From Anaerolineae bacterium (lineage in GTDB: Bacteria > Chloroflexota > Anaerolineae > 4572-78 > NAK82): DNA of 64,000 nucleotides. The position numbers and the translations under genes were made by a program. Below the pieces are notes generated by a model, which was not told the DNA's origin, made no database searches, and worked only from the letters and a program-made list of their open reading frames with translations. Positions within the stretch are counted from its first letter, which is position 1; each line of letters starts with the position of its first letter. Where the stretch lies: assembly GCA_034436775.1 (NCBI GenBank), contig DAOTVI010000082.1, positions 2,753 to 66,752 of the forward strand, read 5' to 3'. Shown one piece after another: positions 59,135-64,000 of this stretch.

Positions 59135-61291
59135 ATGTGGACACGCCTGCCCCGTTATGCTCCCCATCTGATGGCCCTGCTCAGCTACCTGGCGCTGGCA
59201 CTGGTGCTGACCTATCCGCTTGTGCGCGAGTTCACCCGCGCGATCCCCGGCGACGGCTTCGACGGCTGGCAGAACGTCTGGAACCTGTGGTGGGTCAAGC
59301 GCGCCTTGCTGGTCGAGGGCAGTAATCCTTATTTCACCCGCCTGCTGGACTATCCCGCCGGCGTGTATCTCTACTTCCACACGCTCAACATTTTCAACGG
59401 GCTGACTTTCCTACCCCTGACGCTCAACGCCGGCGAGCTGGTGGCCTACAACGCCGCAGCGCTCTTCAGCTTCATCATCGGCGGATATGGCAGCTATCTG
59501 CTGGCGCTCTGGGCCTTGCGAGGAGAGCGCGGGACGTTCTTGCGTCACCTGGCCGCCTTTGTGAGCGGCTTCGTCTTCGTCTTCTCGCCTTACCATATGG
59601 CCCACCTGCTCGGGCATATGCAGCTCATCTCGCTCGAGTGGCTGCCCTTCTACGCACTGATGATTCTGGTGTTGTTGCGCCGTGTCCTGCAGTGCCAGGG
59701 TCAGTGGCTCAAGACGGCGTTGTGCTACGCAGCTCTGGCAGCGTGTATGTTAGTGCTGGTGGCGCTGTGTGACTGGTATTATGCCTTCTATATGATGCTG
59801 CTGAGCGTCCTGTTCTGGGTGTGGGCTGCAGCGCGGCAGCGCAGCCTCAGCGCCGTCGCAAAGATATCCGCTGCTATGGCATTGACCGCCCTGCTCGTCC
59901 TGATCGCCACCGCCCCACTGTGGATCCCGATGGTGCAGGAGACGCTGACCGGCGACTACATGGTGCCGCCCGCCGACAGCGCGGAACACCTCTCGGCGGA
60001 TCTGACCGCCTTCTTCACCCCTTCCACGCTACACCCTTGGTGGGGGGCGTGGGCGGCCATCTGGGCCGACCGATTCACCGCCAGCCTGTCCGAGCGCACC
60101 GTGTTCGTCGGTTACAGCGTGCTGGCGCTGGCGCTCATCGCCGTGCTGCGCTATCGGCAGGGGGCGGCGCTGTGGGGCGTTGCCGCGTTGATCTTCGCCA
60201 TCCTGGCGCTGGGGCCCCGGTTGCACATCGGGGGCGAGACTCGCTTTGGCGCCCTCGGTCCGATCCCGTTGCCCTACACTCTGCTCACCCAACTGCTCCC
60301 CCTGTTGCGCATTGCGCGCTCGGTGAGCCGCTTTTCTGTGGTGGTGATGCTGAGCCTGGGCGTGCTGGCGGCGATGGGCAGCGCATGGCTGCTGTACAAG
60401 GCAATGGCGCGCGGCGAGAGCCGACAGTCGCAGGGAGTGCTCGTGCTGATCACCTTCGCCCTGATCGGGGTCATTGGGTTGGAATACCTCGCCGTGCCGT
60501 ATCCTGTATCCTTCCCCGAAACACACCCCTTCCACTACCAGCTGGCGCGCGAGCCGGGTGATTTCGCTGTCATGGACGTGCCGATGGACGAATGGGACCG
60601 GCCGGCCAACCTGCTCTTCCAGACGGTGCACGGCAAACCCTTGATCTCTGGCTACACCTCGCGGCCCAATCCCCTGGCACCGGCATGGCGCACACCGGTG
60701 TTGCAGGTATTCCGCTACCGCGGCCCCGACATCAACAGCGGCGACGCCGCTGCGCTCGCCGAGACCGTGTTGGCGGACTTGAACGTGCGCTATGTGATCG
60801 TGCACAAGCACGATCTGCCGCCGGGGGCATACCGCACTGAGACATTGGACCTGGTCGAGCGCGTGTTTGGGGCGTGGCCGGTGGTGGTTGACGATACATG
60901 GTTGAAGGTCTTCCGACGACCGGATGAGCCAGCCCACCGCCTGCCCTACCTGGTGCTGGGCACGGGCTGGGGCGAGCGCAGATGGGACGGCCAGCAGCCG
61001 GCGCGTGCCATCCGGCCGCCGCAGGCAACGCTGCAGGCCCATATGCCCGACGCGGGAGAGGCAACGCTGGAGATCGAAGCGTATGCCGTGGGGACGGCGC
61101 CACTGCGCATCGTCGTTTTGGGTCGCGAAGCGGCTATGCTGGCGCTGCACGAGCAGCCGGTCCCGCATCGCATTCCGTTGTCCTTGCCCGCCGGCAAGAC
61201 CCCCATCACTTTGGAAGTGTCGCCCGAGGCAGCGGTGGTGATGGTGCAACGCCTCGATCTATCCATCGGATCAGCGGGGGTTATCCCATGA
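59135..61291 (+). CDS. polytopic membrane protein, GT-C/YfhO-like glycosyltransferase
   Basis: About 12 TM segments, DGWQNVWNLWW loop, RSVSRF, HGKPLISGY; extracytoplasmic C-terminal domain. Confidence 0.7.
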   Translation: MWTRLPRYAPHLMALLSYLALALVLTYPLVREFTRAIPGDGFDGWQNVWNLWWVKRALLVEGSNPYFTRLLDYPAGVYLYFHTLNIFNGLTFLPLTLNAGELVAYNAAALFSFIIGGYGSYLLALWALRGERGTFLRHLAAFVSGFVFVFSPYHMAHLLGHMQLISLEWLPFYALMILVLLRRVLQCQGQWLKTALCYAALAACMLVLVALCDWYYAFYMMLLSVLFWVWAAARQRSLSAVAKISAAMALTALLVLIATAPLWIPMVQETLTGDYMVPPADSAEHLSADLTAFFTPSTLHPWWGAWAAIWADRFTASLSERTVFVGYSVLALALIAVLRYRQGAALWGVAALIFAILALGPRLHIGGETRFGALGPIPLPYTLLTQLLPLLRIARSVSRFSVVVMLSLGVLAAMGSAWLLYKAMARGESRQSQGVLVLITFALIGVIGLEYLAVPYPVSFPETHPFHYQLAREPGDFAVMDVPMDEWDRPANLLFQTVHGKPLISGYTSRPNPLAPAWRTPVLQVFRYRGPDINSGDAAALAETVLADLNVRYVIVHKHDLPPGAYRTETLDLVERVFGAWPVVVDDTWLKVFRRPDEPAHRLPYLVLGTGWGERRWDGQQPARAIRPPQATLQAHMPDAGEATLEIEAYAVGTAPLRIVVLGREAAMLALHEQPVPHRIPLSLPAGKTPITLEVSPEAAVVMVQRLDLSIGSAGVIP

Positions 61292-63352
61292 AAAGCGCCG
61301 CTCAAAAGTGGGTAGTGAAGCTATAGCTTCAATCGTGAGTGTCCGGTCGCCGGCGGCACTGTCAAACCAGGCTGCCGGATCAGCCGGATCGGAGATCAGC
61401 CAGGGACAGAAGGCAAATAGATAGTCCGGCAGCGGTTCGCCGTCGGAAAGGCGTCCCGTGCGGAACCAGTTGAACACTTCCAGATGGTAATCGCGATGTA
61501 GCGCTTCGGTGATGGCCGGAAAACGGTTGTCTTGCTGTTCTCCGAGGCGCCAACCACCCTCGCCGGCGATCATCACGGGCACGAAACCCAGCTCTTCCGC
61601 AAACACTCGGGCGAATTCGCGGAAGCCCAGCACGCCATGGATGTCCTCCGTATAGTTGGGTGGGTGGTTCAGCCCGTGCAGATGGGGGATGAAGAACATA
61701 CGCTCGAAGATGGGGTGCTTTCCGGCTGCTTTGATCTCGCGCAGTGCGGCGCGCAGCCACTCCGGCGTCATCACCTGCAAGCCGACGTAGCCGCCCGCGT
61801 CATAGACTTGTTCCGCCGCCGAAAGCAGGTTGCGCAGGTAAACCTCCTGGCTCACCGGGCACAAGCGATCCCATTCTTGATCCAGCTCGGGCTCGTTGTA
61901 CAGCTGCATGTAGGGCGCAATCCCACGTTGTCGCAGAAATGTCACATCCTCGGCCCAGCTGACATAGGATTGATACGGTCGCACGAACGGCCGCCAGACG
62001 ACGGTGATGCCGGCTGCCTGGAAGAGGGGAGCGGTGCGTTTCAACTGGGCGTGGTCGCGGTAGATCACCGTCGCCCATCTCACACCGAGCCGGATGAGTC
62101 GGTTGATCTGGCGCTGTGCCTCAATGGCATCGTATTGGTGCGTTTGCAGGAAGTGCATACCGCGTCCGTTGTCGTCTGGCGGCCGCGGCCATGTGCGCAA
62201 CCAATCGGTATCAGATGCGCCGGGCGAGGGAAACGAACGCGGTGGTGGCAGGACATCGCGCGCAGGCTCGACCGGTGTGAAATCAGCCTGGCGCCGCACA
62301 TCGGCGTCAATTGCCACCCAAGCGTTGCCGTCAAAGTGCACCTTGCCGCGCCGCCCGATAAACCACGGCCGATCGGCCGAGTCCAACACCACCAGGCGGT
62401 GGCGATCGGACAGAATCGGATTGTCCGCATCCGTGTAGACTAGTGGTTGTGTCTCGCAGTCAGTGATGCGGGCGATCCGCTCATCACCCGCGACCCACAC
62501 ACTGCCGTCGGCAGTGCGTGTTAGCGCGCTAACCGGCGTGTCCAGGGCACTTCGATTTGCCGGGCATAAGGAGACCGATCCGTTGCGATAAACGTACAGG
62601 CCATTGGCAGTTGCCATCCATATCGAACCATCAGGTCTGTTCAGCAGCGTGTGCACCATCGGTCGCCCTGGCAGTGTCAGATGCTCCGTCCACTGCCGAC
62701 GGTGTATGTCGTAGCGCAATGCGTCGCCCGAGCTCGTCGCGATCCACACCACGGCGTGTGTGGGCTCATATGCCACCGCGCTGATCCCCTGGATTGCGTC
62801 CGAGCCGGGAATGGCCTCTCGTCTTGCCGTATTCTCCGCGATGTTCACCCTCACCAGGCCCTCGCCGGGACAGGCACACCAGAACGCGCCGGCCGGATCC
62901 CACGCTATGGAGGTTATCGCGGCGTCAGCACAGGCCGGCACTGACCGCCAGTTCTCTGAAGCAAGCAACCAAAGGAGGCCGTCGTCGGTGCCGGCAGCCA
63001 GTGTGCTGCCCGCCGTGGCCAGAGAACGGATCACCGCACCGTCTGGGATGTGATACTGCCTGTAGGAGCCGTTTTCTACGTCCCAGCGGGTGAGCAGCCC
63101 GGATTCATTCGCCGTCCACAGGGCACCATCCGCCCATATCGCGGCAGTGGCTTCCGGATAGTCGCGCCGTTCGGCCTCGGCATCCACCGTCTCCGGCAGC
63201 CCGGCCAATATGTGGTTTCCGGACAGACAAGTTGTCGCGGCAGGGAACGTGTCAGGAGACGTCACGATCGGTGGCAATGGCGATGGTACAGCGCAAGCTG
63301 CCAGACATCCTGTCAGGGCAAGGAATAACACTACCTGTATACAGTCCCACAT
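61271..63352 (-). CDS. lipoprotein: beta-propeller-like repeats plus putative clan GH-A-like glycoside hydrolase domain
   Basis: Lipobox LAAC; repeated 'DGxxWxAT' blades; C-half WPRPPDDNGRGMHF...LYNEPE...IAGEGGW. Confidence 0.6.
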   Translation of the reverse strand: MWDCIQVVLFLALTGCLAACAVPSPLPPIVTSPDTFPAATTCLSGNHILAGLPETVDAEAERRDYPEATAAIWADGALWTANESGLLTRWDVENGSYRQYHIPDGAVIRSLATAGSTLAAGTDDGLLWLLASENWRSVPACADAAITSIAWDPAGAFWCACPGEGLVRVNIAENTARREAIPGSDAIQGISAVAYEPTHAVVWIATSSGDALRYDIHRRQWTEHLTLPGRPMVHTLLNRPDGSIWMATANGLYVYRNGSVSLCPANRSALDTPVSALTRTADGSVWVAGDERIARITDCETQPLVYTDADNPILSDRHRLVVLDSADRPWFIGRRGKVHFDGNAWVAIDADVRRQADFTPVEPARDVLPPPRSFPSPGASDTDWLRTWPRPPDDNGRGMHFLQTHQYDAIEAQRQINRLIRLGVRWATVIYRDHAQLKRTAPLFQAAGITVVWRPFVRPYQSYVSWAEDVTFLRQRGIAPYMQLYNEPELDQEWDRLCPVSQEVYLRNLLSAAEQVYDAGGYVGLQVMTPEWLRAALREIKAAGKHPIFERMFFIPHLHGLNHPPNYTEDIHGVLGFREFARVFAEELGFVPVMIAGEGGWRLGEQQDNRFPAITEALHRDYHLEVFNWFRTGRLSDGEPLPDYLFAFCPWLISDPADPAAWFDSAAGDRTLTIEAIASLPTFERRFSWDNPR

Positions 63353-63404
63353 TTGCCTGGAACTATGACCAACCTAAAAATTCTTGCTCATACATAGAGG
63401 ACTG

Positions 63405-63611
63405 TTACTCGCGGATCATTTGTGTTCCGCACTGAGGGCACTTCAATTCGTAGCATGGTTGCCCGGCTTGATGTTCGACGCGGTGGCTGCACTTGGGGCA
63501 GACGCAATAGCCGCCCGGCCCGCCTGCTTTGGGTCCACCACGACGTCCTTGACCACGACCACCTCCGGGACCATAACCACCACCTTGACCGCCACCACTT
63601 CCACGTCCCAT
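63405..63611 (-). CDS. small Gly/Arg-rich protein with Cys-rich zinc-ribbon-like C-terminus
   Basis: MGRGSGGGQGG...CVCPKC...PC....CPQCG. Confidence 0.7.
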   Translation of the reverse strand: MGRGSGGGQGGGYGPGGGRGQGRRGGPKAGGPGGYCVCPKCSHRVEHQAGQPCYELKCPQCGTQMIRE

Positions 63612-63651
63612 GTCTTCACCTCCTTAAAAGCACTCTATCACCACAACCGTC

Positions 63652-64000
63652 TCAGTCGTGGCATCCACCGTGCGATCCTTCCTCCGTGCAAGGCATTGCC
63701 CCTTGCAATGCACCGTTGAGATACTGCTGCAACGCTTCGCGCACACTACCGGCAGCCCCGGTGACCGCCTCGATGCCCATAGCCTGAAGCGCTTGCATGG
63801 CGCGCCGGCCCATGCCACCCACCAGCATCACCTGAGCACCTTGCTCGGCCACAAACCTTCCCACCGGGCCGCAACCTTGGCTGCCACAGAAGGGATTGGC
63901 GATACTCCTGACTGAGTTGACCTTATTGCCCTCTGTGTCCACCAGCACGAAGTAAGCTGCGTGGCCAAAATGGGGACTGACCGGACTGTCCAGTCCATTG
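63652..64000 (-). CDS. NifB/NifX (dinitrogenase FeMo-co biosynthesis-like) family protein; 5' end runs off the window
   Basis: Manual reading from the edge: GLDSPVSPHFGHAAYFVLVD...GGMGRRAMQAL. Confidence 0.85.
   Translation of the reverse strand, partial: NGLDSPVSPHFGHAAYFVLVDTEGNKVNSVRSIANPFCGSQGCGPVGRFVAEQGAQVMLVGGMGRRAMQALQAMGIEAVTGAAGSVREALQQYLNGALQGAMPCTEEGSHGGCHD

Noticed and set aside
57481-64000. Genomic island integrated at tRNA-Thr
   Set aside because: No integrase and no duplicated tRNA 3' end found in the window

Overview
GC-rich bacterial chromosomal window, most likely Chloroflexota (Anaerolineae-like). This is inferred from the many Pro/Thr-linker surface proteins, the sortase, and the form of L34 and NusA. 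From left to right it holds: the 5' part of a probable type IIG restriction-modification gene that runs off the window and is missing from the ORF track; a sortase; a tightly coupled 7-gene operon (3 paralogous lipoproteins, HExxH peptidase, GT2, PfkB kinase, VUT/YhhQ transporter); a 1312-aa SH3-PA14x2-PKDx7 surface protein; AKR and split FtcD genes; a giant hybrid histidine kinase; a microcompartment-type cluster (rpiB and deoC with encapsulation-like peptides, a second deoC, eutN/ccmL); a four-gene cluster of three differently anchored cohesin proteins plus an X-dockerin-bearing subtilase; a second hybrid kinase; cydAB; glcF, fused glcD-E and an aminotransferase; a sugar ABC importer with a Zn-dehydrogenase; rpmH-rnpA-yidD-yidC-jag; nusA-ylxR-infB-rbfA-truB-ribF; tRNA-Thr(CGT); and further signalling and envelope genes. 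The best candidate for an undescribed system is the cohesin-dockerin surface protease display module (24093-28936). Other highlights are the SPU-like microcompartment satellite, a 90-bp MITE-like element present twice, and a rimP-leader-like attenuator retained without rimP. All family assignments come from motif recognition by eye; no database searches were run.
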